In this document: one piece after another, positions 7,401 through 17,400 of the stretch | Numbering within the stretch: the stretch's first letter is position 1 | Layout: the number at the start of each line of letters is the position of its first letter | Source of the DNA: an uncultured virus (IMG/VR IMGVR_UViG_3300027963_000064) | Taxonomy: Duplodnaviria > Heunggongvirae > Uroviricota > Caudoviricetes | Length of the DNA stretch: 20,000 bases | Reading direction: 5' to 3' (one strand) | Virus record (IMG/VR): IMGVR_UViG_3300027963_000064 | The notes under the pieces: model-generated | What the model saw: only the letters and a program-made list of their open reading frames with translations | Database searches by the model: none | What the model was told of the DNA's origin: nothing | Program-made: the position numbers and the translations under genes

Positions 7401-8404
7401 TTTCTGGCGACATTGAGAAGTTTTTTGAACAAAAAGCCGCTGTTGGAGCGCAAGCAGCCATTGCTACTGGCGATCAAAGATTGATTGGTCAATTTGGAAT
7501 GAGTGCGCTTGGTGGTGCAGCGCAAGAAACAAAACGCCAACAAGAGGCTGGTGTACAAACATTATATGGTCAACAGCTTGCTGGCCCCGGAGGTTTAACA
7601 GAAAGAGCTTATGGTTCCGCAATTTCCGCATCCGGTATTCAAAACCCATTAGCTATGGCTCAAGTTGCTGCTGGTTCTACTGGAGCAGAAAATGCATTAG
7701 AAAGCGATATTAGAGATTTAGCAGCAACAATGGGTCCAGCGGCAGATATACAAGTTCAAGCAGCAAATGGTCAATTGCAAGCAGCAGAATTACAATACAA
7801 AGCTGCCACAGCAAAGGGACAAGAGGCTGTTGCGCAAATGCAGTCTAGAGCTAATGGCGGTATGATATATGCTAATCGTGGAATATTCGTGCCTCGCGGT
7901 ACAGATACAGTTCCCGCCATGTTAACTCCCGGAGAGTTCGTTGTCAATAGAGCGGCTGTTCAACGCGGAAATAACTTGCAAATTTTACAATCAATGAATA
8001 GAGGTGTTTCATCCTCTGCTCCCGCAGCGTCTTCACAATCTGGCAATGTTGCAACTATGGCAAACGGCGGCATAGTTAGATACAGAGAGTCAGGATCAAA
8101 CGGTCCAGAAGCTGGCGGTACTGGTATAAATACAGAAGCACTAAATGCATTTGCGGCAGCATTGAGTCAATTTAATACAGAGCTAACAAAAAACATTCAA
8201 ACATTAGCAAATACTAAATTCCAAGTTTCGCTTAGTCCAACTGATATCAACGTTAATTTAACAGGAACATCTTTCTTATCCAATTTAGCTGCTAATATAA
8301 AACAAGATCTTCTAAAATTTCTTAGTCAGGAAATTAGCAATTATAGTGTAGGTAATGATGGGAAGTTAAGGAAAAGTGGATCTACATTAGGAACCGTAAC
8401 CTAG
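1406..8404 (+). CDS. Phage tail tape measure protein (TP901/PhageMin_Tail-type N-terminal core) with inserted enzyme-like domains
   Basis: 2332 aa, Ala/Gly/Gln-rich and helical. The TMP core is at about 1690-2450 (AIDFERELIKISQVTG...LTQAGL...GGSLNELLALFTSVRATTRESAESIGTGLRTIFTRI). Gly-rich hydrophobic segments lie at about 2580-2740 and 5090-5740, and long coiled coils at about 5780-7440. There are three GG...DTVPAxLTPGEFV modules of the type seen in phage TMPs. Confidence 0.92.
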   Translation: MSRFVLTAQLQLQAPNNVAQVVSQIQNQLNNVSVNVQVRGSAQANQQIQQITQSTQAATTAAGRMGNAFAVSIRRFAAFSIATRAVGLFTSTLADAVKTAIDFERELIKISQVTGKSVSGLRDLTDSVTSLATGLGVTSGSLLEVTTVLTQAGLSSDDTKVALESLAKAALAPNFDSISETAEGAIAILAQFKQGVGALEGQLSSIDAVAGAFAVEAGDLIDVIRRSGGVFKASGGSLNELLALFTSVRATTRESAESIGTGLRTIFTRIQRPETIEFLKQFGVELVDLNGKFVGPYEAIKRLSEAISGLGEGDLTFIKIAEELGGFRQIGKVLPLLQQFSTAQAALNVAQNAGNGLTKNAEAAQASLAIRIIKVREEFLALVRSMTETPTFQIMANAALSLASALIKIADSIKPLLPLLGAVAAFKAVKGIGGFLGGVGAGLTSGRTFHAGGRVHAFATGGLVPGIGNSDTVPAMLTPGEFVIRKSSVQKLGANNLAHMNTGGIVQKFATGGTADKIAQARSQKLSPNPNKEKTKTYKDGSSSSPVEFEVKPKSIGAFFMNPAESADDSIPFAKQKFQLTNKQLLSLNGIQPKTLRDDNKFAVGQYANAVLKPGSVSTFYPSLTDISRGSFSEIIQSNVQQKLTEAVVDTANFIQSNKLLDIPPIDSNEALLRQTAASRIAQDKGAIRTTSGYLFEGVIDAITGAKPASGNANFDFPPSSLQGNKPRLASLFGNPAGIQNLAQADAKASYSSKIISGGAGSGSILSKIINSINDGKLGGIKMIAKKSLGGIIQKFAVGGRAKGIQGAPLVDDIPNASGSILPRPSAAIQALIKAGGGAIDVDRTIKRTVGDTAYAKAPTPGAKEASLNTYFRDEVKRLQDLQSAPVTQFGKELKVAIKSGQLDARKISIISKSKRVKGAAEYLSSLFGIPTQNMIFTQGGSKQPALDAIRNKGSRVDRVKFATGGNVGTDTVPALLTPGEFVVNKASAQRIGYGNLNRMNKVGKYAKGGVVQHFATGGTATGGTKSVVSNIPVPGFETKAPTLLNKIIAQLTGTFSVVDVDLKKSSKQFKLLQTITPDLAKSLMDYAQASNLNVKQTGQLAGAYSKLVGTMLMQGDKDSQIVASMQPYVEALKADTNAKLNSAKATASMTPVNAAASKFPSLTQSTPTPQTSSFPQLVSKPAQQQQQANSSTSTMATSANTTAIASNTQAQKSAAQSAIGVVNNNKMFAASMATSLIAGFLPAVDENSGAILRVTQSLFAMTTAVFGTLAALEAMNLSLNKQTISNVLDLLSGKGGAIASKVGQFAGNALGGTKIGGMIAPMGNLGGGLGAKAVQTSITQAATAIGGIVGPLVGATASFFAIQAAGNLLTEAFMNYEGRLKKAKETGNVEGARKIATEQQSSKTAVNMVAGTVSGAIIGTLLTPILGPFGVQLGAAAGGLIAKSLSDLPEYSGQVAASQAATIKAQNSLAKASEDATKALSDFEKGNISATELIKSTSGAANDVATAKAESKKLNDQSQKEISREGDFGGLRGGLRNVVTLGGLLGESTGEKQARIEAEQKKSTADVSKAENQLITSSQPVLNSISGEVASSGGSFEDVLSRIEVDNKGLYDALISQGTKPLSDAFNNIKKEVERAQKAFNAMNLGMQNVQGAAAAAALGVNNYVASQQAGNVGLEQSLAVLEASVTSAAQGISSADFGKALSDASEVLYEFGANPEQVTKFQRNISAVNDVQKNQSSIFGGAKEKLAENIRASSGAQGRREAFSKSIDEQLKASGYDDATRQRFQDASANMSDDQLKEIGKGNFQAFEESINELGKKTMEQVNGPLKAAIEIQKQLNELTKQRIEAERQLMSAQLEASNVRMEAMDIAAKYGGPKVTPEMRAKNTVEQANIQARGINGVTDLKTGSAAELSARTQQLSARQAEITGIKTRAAQGDAAATQQLQGESGTKLAEEEKRIADAAKSQIQATRDLIKSKEEELRIIKEKNQLEKSSIDALISGDIEKFFEQKAAVGAQAAIATGDQRLIGQFGMSALGGAAQETKRQQEAGVQTLYGQQLAGPGGLTERAYGSAISASGIQNPLAMAQVAAGSTGAENALESDIRDLAATMGPAADIQVQAANGQLQAAELQYKAATAKGQEAVAQMQSRANGGMIYANRGIFVPRGTDTVPAMLTPGEFVVNRAAVQRGNNLQILQSMNRGVSSSAPAASSQSGNVATMANGGIVRYRESGSNGPEAGGTGINTEALNAFAAALSQFNTELTKNIQTLANTKFQVSLSPTDINVNLTGTSFLSNLAANIKQDLLKFLSQEISNYSVGNDGKLRKSGSTLGTVT
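2750..2944 (+). repeat. TMP internal module copy 1 (FHAGG-FATGG-DTVPAMLTPGEFV-MNTGG-FATGG)
   Basis: Core DTVPAMLTPGEFV at 2816-2854, repeated at 4316-4354 and 7904-7942 with mostly synonymous nucleotide differences. Confidence 0.9.
2945..3760 (+). other. Putative PD-(D/E)xK (restriction-endonuclease fold) domain inside the TMP
   Basis: Motifs in canonical order: helix SGYLFEGVIDAI (E at 3494), strand NFDFP (D at 3551), then ADAKAS (D-x-K at 3641-3649). Confidence 0.55.
3806..4288 (+). other. Putative HAD-superfamily phosphatase domain inside the TMP, circularly permuted
   Basis: Motif I GAIDVDRTI (DxDxT at 3926-3940), motif II ISIIS (S at 4139) and motif III GGSKQP (K at 4232). A motif IV-like PLVDD (3839-3844) lies before motif I. 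Confidence 0.6.
4289..4462 (+). repeat. TMP internal module copy 2 (FATGG-DTVPALLTPGEFV-YAKGG-FATGG)
   Basis: Direct translation; same core and the same downstream L-x-x-M-N element as copy 1. Confidence 0.9.
7847..8071 (+). repeat. TMP internal module copy 3 (RANGG-DTVPAMLTPGEFV-...MANGG)
   Basis: Direct translation; core at 7904-7942, followed by LQSMN and MANGG at 8057-8071. Confidence 0.9.
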
Positions 8405-8412
8405 GATATATT

Positions 8413-11400
8413 ATGGATTGTATTTTACAGCAGACAAGTGCTAAAAATCTTGCTAGTGGCACACTTAAAGCTAATGCTACAGTTATTCATAGGCCAAACA
8501 AAATAATAGAAGGCAATGGCTCTGTCAAAGCAAATATTGGTATTAATATCAATATTGGTTTTAGTCAAAATTCTCAGCCGCTATTTGGTCAAACTGAAGA
8601 ATTTTTATTCGGCGCTGCTCCATCTCAACCAGTTGTTATCACAAGATCAGAAAATAGGTTATTTTGTGTTGGTTCTTTTAGAATTCTGAATTCTAGACAA
8701 TATCGCGTAAACGACCAGACATACGTAGTTGATGATGAGAGTGATATTCTAGCTATTAGAGTTAATAATGCTAGAGTTCTTGATGTTGTTAATCCTTATA
8801 GTGAAATAAATCCCACCCTTGATACAAGCCAAGATAACTCTAATTTATCTGCATTTCTAACATTATCAAGTAACAATTTAGAGTCAAAAATTTTAGCCGT
8901 TGGTCAGTTTAGAAATATCTACACTGATAAGATAGGTGGCACTCTTGGTAAGATTAAGTCTATACCACGTTTTAGGGCTACACAAAAACTATACCCCATT
9001 AAAGATATTGTAACATCATCTAACGACGTTTATTTTGTTAACAAAGATCTGTCATCTGGAAATATATACCAAAGCGTTAATGAGGGGCTTGCTATTGGTA
9101 ACTATACAGACAATGGCGATAAAAGCACTAGAATAGCTGACGATTCATCTACATTTATACAACCATCTTCTATATACTCTCAGGGTGATTTTACATATAA
9201 ATGCGAAGTGTTTCCCCCAACAATTACACCCAAAGAGAGTTTCTTATTTATAAGAGCAGCCGCTCCACTAATTTCTTACGAATCAGATGTTCCAGCAATT
9301 TATAAGATTCACAATATAAAGCTAGAAGATCCATCTGGTAATCTTATTGTAAAATACAAAGACATTACCTTTCGTGGCGACGGTAACTACTTAAAAGAAG
9401 ATCAGTATAACTTTACAACATATGTTACGGAACCAGAAATTAATTATGCTTCTCTGCATACTTGGGAACCAAAGTTTCCAATTTTAGGAGAAGCTAGTGG
9501 CTATACTCTTAATTTAGATTTTACGGTTGATTGTATACACAACCCATTCTCTCGCGCTTTTAGCGGTGGGTACGAAGATGAATGTAAGTTAGACTTTGTT
9601 GAAACAAATAAGAATGATTATCTAGCACTAGACGGTTCGCCACTATCAACAAGAACCCAAGGGTACGAACTAAACCCAAACAATTCACTTAGAATTTCCT
9701 GTATTGAAATATGCAACAGTGGCGCACTTTTTGGTTTATTAAATGATAATTACCTAGGTTTCCATACTGAGGTTCAGCCAACTGGTAATAGACTAGAACG
9801 AATTATATATCCTTGTAATGTATTATCTTATGATTTTGATACGGGGATATATCCAGTTGCTAGCAGTGTGTGGGAATCATCTCCAGATATTGATGGTAAT
9901 ATCTCAACAAATACTAGTAACAGTGGACAAGCCGTATTGACAGACAGATTACGAAATATATTTCAAGTTGGACATATTACACTAGACTCTATTTCAAGCG
10001 TTACAAACTCTGGAAAGCTTCAATTACAATACAAGCATGAACCACCATTTGGTATTAAACAACAAACCGGTGGACCATTTAATTTTGGCGGCAAAGGTAG
10101 AAACAAATCATTAAATAGCTCTGTAAAAGAATTGGTTTATGGAAATGATATTTTCTTTACCATTGACTCTATAGAGCTACAAATTAGCGCAAAGAAAGCT
10201 GAAGGATCTCCAGATTACACAATAGACGTTGTTGGTTATAGTGATGATGGTGTTGTTAATATAACGCCAGCCGTTGGTGGATTTTTACAAAACAATGAAA
10301 CATATGATTCAAGCAACAGTTCTTTAGTTCCAGTAATTTCTGGACAAAAACAAACTAATGAATTAGCCATTAGTGCTGAGACTTTATCAGATAAAGATCA
10401 ATATTTTGAAGAACACATTACTCTTAATCCAGCTAAAGATCACTATGTTGTTTCAAAGTTGCCGCTAATCAATAGCACATCTTTCAAAAATTATACTATC
10501 CCACTAAAGATTTATCAAGACTCTGTTGAGCTTGGTTCTCCAAGAGATTACTCAATGAGTTCATTCTTTGAGAATCTATACATTGATATTTATCCACTAC
10601 CAAGCGGAGCATCTTTTGCTAAAGCTAATCTAGTTATTAAATACAAGCCATCTAATGCATTGCCATTATATACATTTGGATATCAAGAAAAAGAACTAGC
10701 GCAACGTGAAATCAAAATATATCCTTCACCAAGACAGTCTAAAGACAATATTCTTAATGCTATTTGGACAGATGCCCCACTATCACTTATTGAAGATATT
10801 CCACACGTATATAAAACTCCCACAACGATTAAAACAAATTACTCGCGCAGGTGGCGCGGAGTTGACGGTTCTACATTCGCTGGCCCATTTGATCCACTAG
10901 ATTTCAATTTTGCATTTTATAATCCACAGCTAGAAACACCATTCCTTGATGGATATTTTGATCTTAATAAAATCGATGGCAATGTTATTCTTGCTTCATC
11001 TGAAAACAGTGCCAATCTTAGTGGTATAATTGTTGGTGGAGAAATAAATAGCATTATTAGAAATATCGGGCTTAGATTTAATAGCTCTGGAATTTTTACT
11101 CACCAAGAAAGATTGTATAAGACATTAGATTGGACTTCTACCGGCCATGAATTATACGGCCACATTCTAGATTCCTTTGACAATGCACTCAGAGTTTCTG
11201 GTGTAAGCTGCAACATTAATTTTGGTGATGTTAATGTTTCTGGTGGATTTTCTATATTTACCAGATTCTGTCCAGATTCTACTATTAGCGGCGTGAACTA
11301 TAACCTGTTTAATTCTGGCGTTATAGCCTCTAAGTGGGATAGTGATAAAAATCTTGAATTTACTCTAGGTTACAATAGCGGCTACCTATGTGCCAATGCT

Positions 11401-14400
11401 AAAGATGCTGATGGAAATATTGTCACCATACAAGACTCGTCATTGTACACGGAGTATCAATATCCACTATCAATATTATTGACTTATAATGACAATAGCT
11501 CAAGAAAGCTTAAGCTCTATACTGACAATGAAATTGCTAGCGGCAGCTTTAATGTTTTAAGGGCAAGTTCTGATGAGTTTGACTTGGTTGAAAGCCACAG
11601 CGATTTGGTTTTTGGTTATTCTTCTGGATCTGGTGTCGGCATTAATGGGTTCATTAGCGAGATTGGTATTTCTCAATTCAACACCTCTGGCACAAACATC
11701 ACAGAAAATAATACAAATAGCAGATTACAGCAAGTAAAAGCTGAACATTTCTTATCAACACACAGAGCTAAGTTCTGGAATGATGGAGAATCTGTTGCAA
11801 ATGATAGATATAAAATGTGGCAATATGTTGATGAAGATACAGACCAGTGGCACTTGGGCGCTTTTAAGTATTGTGATTTTTTCTCATCTTATGACACTCT
11901 AAAAAATAGAGTTGGCAAAGATTTCATTGTACACAACTTTAGCACCAACGGTATGACTTATGGAAATATCACAAATATTCCACTCCCATCTAACGTTCCA
12001 GCATCAAATCTAGCTTACCATTCTCAGTTAGAGAATGATATGTTAAGATTTAACCTTGGTGGAAATACTAATAGATTATTCTCAGTTGCGCCAAGAATCA
12101 CTAAGGCTTTACCTCGTAGCTATTCTTTCAATGAAACCGGTTTTGTAGTTGATACTATTCTTCAACACGAAACCACAAATGATATCATTTGGGAAGATGG
12201 CACAGTTGGTCCACGACTCATTGTTAGTTTGTACACTAAAGCTAAAGACTCTGACCTTTTTGATACAACAAATTGGGGCTTAATTAATAGAAGTATTCAT
12301 CATATTGGCCCACAAGAATGCTGGTCTAAAATTAGTAGCAAATTTACACTTAATAGCCTCACAGATAAATCCAGTGAGCCTTGGTCCAACTTCGTAACAT
12401 CTAGAAACGTTACAGAGCTTAATCACAAGTTCTTTTCTAAAGATGTTGACGAAATGTTTTTGCAGTACGACTTAGTATATCCATCTGGACATTACGAGTC
12501 TAAGATTAAGATTCACTCAGCACACGTTAAGCTAGAAAACGCTTTACTAAAAGCTGAAACTGTAAACTCTTTAGATTTCAAGCTAGCTATTAGCGGAGAA
12601 GCTAGAGAACGAGAGGTTATGCCGCTGTCCCTTCCAAACACTTTTGGTTCAGTTGAAACATCTGGCAACGGCCTCACAATGTATGCTTCAGGATATTTAC
12701 TTATTCCACATACAGATTCCATGCCATTATTTAGTTCTGGTGCATATCTATTAGATAATAACGTTATGCCCCTACATTCCGTTACCGTTGGCTATATTGG
12801 CGCACCAACATTCACAGAATTTAATTTTGGCTCATCAGAAGATCAACTGTTTGGCTCTAATCCAACATATGGCCCAACACTATTCGTCGCCGGAAGAACA
12901 GATAAATACGACGATACTACGCTGGCGCTGTATATACAAAATAATCAAACTAACCCATCTGCAAACGAAACATTAGTATTATTTACGTCTTGCCCGCCAA
13001 CAACAAATACTAACTATTTTGATCTTTTTGTACAGGGCGGTTTTCCACCATTATCATACTATACAAACTCATCTGCCCCACTATATGTTAGTGCGCCAGT
13101 GCCAGATCCTATTGTAAGTGGCACTCTACCATTTATTATTGATGCCGTAAACCCAAATATTGTAAGTGTTAGTGGCTCATTATCTCTAATGGTAATGAAT
13201 CAATCTACTATTAATGCTGGATCAAATCAATTAGAGAGTTTCTTGTGGGATAAAGATCATGTTGGTAAAGATATTACTGTAGAAGATAACTATTTAGCCT
13301 TCTTTGATGCAAATAGCGAAATACGTGGCGTCCAAACAATATGCTACGGAACATGTGACAATGGCGGTACTTGCCAAGAGCTAGAGGTTATAACTCATGA
13401 TACAAAATGGTATGAATCGACCTGCGTTGAAGGTGGAGCATTAAGAGCATTAACAACATATACCAATTCAGATGCTGGTTTTAACAACAATTTCTATGGA
13501 ATTCGCAAATTTGACAAACTAATACCGCAAGCTCCATACCAAATAACAATTGTTGGCAAAACTGGAACAAGCGGAATTGCTCAAGTTCCAAGAGAAATGT
13601 CAGAATGGGAATATGGCTTTAATGAAGACGTTGGATATTCTGGACTTAAAATAGTACCTTCAGAACTAGACAGAAACGCTAATGATCAATATGGCAAGTC
13701 TATATCGATCAAAGATGATTTAATGGCTATTGGCGCACCATTCCATAACATTCAAGATTCTGATGGCTATGAAATAACAGACGCTGGCGCAGTCTTTGTG
13801 TATCGAAGAAATCCAGAACCTAGTGGTGTTGATTGGACTCATCAGCTAGATAAATCTCCTTGGTCATTAGAGGCTAAATTATCTTTACCAGATGGATTTA
13901 AACGAGATTATTACGACACAGCCAATAGACCTTTCTATCAAGATGGACAACAGCTTCCTTTTTATGGAATAGAAAAACGTTGGATTGTAGGACAAGAAGG
14001 AAGACAGCTTGGGCATTCTATCAGTATATCTAAAACTAACAACAGAGAAGTAATAGTTGTCGGTGGCCCAAGTTGCAAATGGAATAGAACTTTTGGTGGA
14101 ATACAGACTCAGCCCATTAATGTTGGGTTGTTTATTTTTACAGATGAATTTGCTCCTACTTTTCCGTACCCATGTGATCGTAGGGGCGAATGTGCTACTT
14201 ACGAAAATATTATTCCAATTATACGGCAAAACGACCTGTTGTTTAAATATTTTTGTGACCCAGCAGTTTCTTTCAATGTAGAAATTATTATTTGCGAACC
14301 CATACTTGGTACCAATAGTGATCCATCCCCAGATTTTGCAGATCCAAAACCAAATTTTGTTACTAAGTATCAAATTAATAGACATACTTATTATAACAGA

Positions 14401-17400
14401 AACACAAATCAGTTTAGAACTAAAAACACTGAAATCTTTAATGATATCAAATCTGCTTTTGAGTCTGTATTTCCATACGATGAAAGCAAGTTGCATAACA
14501 ATATTCCTCCAGTTTTAGGTTTTTATATAGATAACTCTGCATCGTTGGGTTCTAGAGCATTACAACCTGCACTAGATCAATTTGTTAAGTATTATCAAGC
14601 TTATTCTTATGCGAGCGGCTTGAAAGATTTTGATAATAATCCAGCTAGTGGTTATGCTAATATTACTATAGCTATAGATGAAAACTGGATAGCTCAAGCT
14701 TCTACGTTAATTGCTGATACTCTTGATACTGGACGCATGATTGAGAATAATACATTTCAGTTATTTGCAAATAACTTAGGACAATTTAATCCAAATGCTT
14801 CAGATTTCAATATACCTCCAGCTAGTGGTGGTAGCGTATACGTTTACGAGAAACAGGGCAACGATTGGGAAATTATCCAAGAAATTAAATCTCCTACAAC
14901 TTTAAGCTCAATTGCTCCAGATAGATTTGGACACGCAGTAACTATAAGCGAGAGTGGCAATATGATTATTGTTGGCTCTCCATATATGGAGCAAGCTGTT
15001 TCTATATATGAATATAGGCCGCACATTAAAGAACAAAAATATGCATACTTCCCATCTTGGCTTAGTAGCAAAGCTGCTCAAGATACTTCTTTTGGACATC
15101 TTTTTGAGCTTAATAGAAGACTACAATCTTTACTTGCTAATGCAACCCCATCAAACCAACAAAGCATTGTAAAACAAATTTATTCAGAAATGAATCCAAG
15201 TGGCAAATTTGAATTTAGGAGAAATCTTAACCTACAAGAATACGAACTTATTAGGACTGTAACGTATTCTGATATTAATCCCGGCGCATCTTGGAGTTTC
15301 TTGTTTGATAAGTTTGCACCAACCTCACGATTAGGATATAGCGTAGCTTGCAATGAAGACGGATCACTTGTTGCCATTGGCGCTCCAACAGATAGCATGG
15401 GCGCACAAGATAATGCAAATATTTGGTGGAAACCCGGATTTACAAGAGATACACAGTGGCAATCTTATGTTAATGCTGGAGCAATCAGAGTTCTTGAAAG
15501 TCGTAATTACTACCCACATAATAAAGTTGTGGAATATGGAAAGTTTGGAAATTTACATGAACTTTTAAGTCCAGATTATGATGCACCTTTCTTTAATCAC
15601 ATGGAGCCAATTTATGAAAATAATTTTGGCATCACTTTTGAAAAAACAAGTTTCGCTGAAACAGAAATTCCACAAGAGGCTGGCACACTATTTATTACTA
15701 CGCCAGCGGTTGATGCTGCTAGTGAAGAGATAGTGAACAAGATTAAAAATTGGCTTGCGCTAGGTGATAGAAACCTAGTTTTGGTTGGTAATGATCCAGT
15801 ATGGGAAAATAACGGAGCTTATGCAGAATCTAACTCCATTATTAATTATTTACTAGAGAGATTAGACTCTAGAATGAGGCTACAACCAGCTAGAAATAAA
15901 TATGAATCTCTTGTTGATAGTGATTTGTCAATTAATATTTTACCATCCCTTGTTCCATCTCACACAACTTCTTCTTACGTTGCTCCATCGTTCTTGAGGG
16001 GTTCTGGAGTTGCCGATATTAAATTATATTCTCCTAGCGCAAGCGCGGGATATAATTGCGGTGCTGGTGGTAAATCGGGATTTAGATATGTAGATGTAAA
16101 TGATAAGTGTGAAATGCAAATTAAACACAGGGGAGATATAAGAGCAAAATTTAACTTAACTTGCGAAGATATGTTTGGTAATCCAAGGCCTTATGAAATG
16201 AACTTAGCTATGTATTTTGGTACAGTTACCCTAGCTTCTTATGGGTGTGATAGTGGACTTTCTAATAGTCCGACTTATCAGTATGAACCAATTCCAATTA
16301 TGGCCGCTGGCGAAAACGCTTCTAGAACTATTATATATCCAAGAATACCAGAGCGCACAGAGGTCTATAATTATAGGGAAGCCGTTGGACAAAGCCCCAA
16401 TGGTAAATATCCAGTATTTTCTAATTCTCCAGATAGCGGAATTGCTTTTATATGGTCTTCTGATAGTGGAAATTATACAGAGCTAACTCTTAATCTCGGT
16501 GCCAACGTAAATAAGAGCGCATTCTTTGATCCACCAGAATACAATAGCAAAGACGCTTTGCTTATGGCTACGGCAGAAGTAAAAACGGATATTGTGAATA
16601 CAAACCCAGTTGTATCTGATAAATTTTATTATGCAGCAGAAGAACAATACGGCGACACATCATCTAGTATTGTAATCATTGCTGGCACGTTTACTGAATC
16701 TCGCTCCGCTTTGCTATCTTCTAATGCTGATAAAAACTTGAATTTCTATGGAAATATCGTCGCAAAAGATGCAGACGGCAGCGCAAGAATTGCCCAACTT
16801 GGTAATTGGACAAATATTACTAGCTTTAAGGCTGGAGATAACCAATCAGATCTATTAAACCGATTAACAAGCCTTGGTAATTTTGTTGATGAAAATGTTT
16901 CAGCTTACGATCTTAGTGTGACAAGTAACGGGTACGACGTTGGCTGGATTGCGAACACAACGGAAAATCCATCAGAAGAAGAGCTAGAAAGAATAATAAG
17001 ATGGCTAAACCAAGGAAACAAAAAACTTGTTATTACTTACGGTCAAGACCCCTCAAGTAATGATCCAAAATCTACAGACGATTATTATGCAAATATCTAC
17101 ACAACGTCTTCTGCTAGAGCGGTAACGTATTTATGTGACAAACTTGGAATCTCAATGAGGCCAATGTTCTTATTGGGAAGAAATAAATACGCAACAAAAC
17201 GAGATGCCGTAAATAAATATCAGCTTACTAATGAGAATATTGCTATCAACAAAAACTATGACCCAATTTATAGAGGAAAAAGAATTGGCTATACTCCAGA
17301 TAGTAAAATTGAAACATATGCACTTGTCAGAGGATATATCGAAGATATTATCCCAATACAGCTTAATTCGGGAACTGCATTAGCATATTTTAATACTCCA

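Noticed and set aside
641..7649. Minus-strand and alternative-frame ORFs in the track overlapping the 276-aa gene and the TMP
   Set aside because: They are antisense or off-frame shadows of strongly coding plus-strand genes, with no recognisable motifs.
519..8404. Three consecutive genes end in TAG, suggesting amber recoding (code 15) or readthrough; ORF 174-521 is in frame with ORF 531-1361
   Set aside because: There is no in-frame TAG within more than 6000 codons of the two long ORFs, so TAG is a true stop. The TAGs at 521 and 8404 are explained by overlap with the (T)AGGA(G) SD of the next gene. The same 9-nt spacing also occurs after the TAA at 164.
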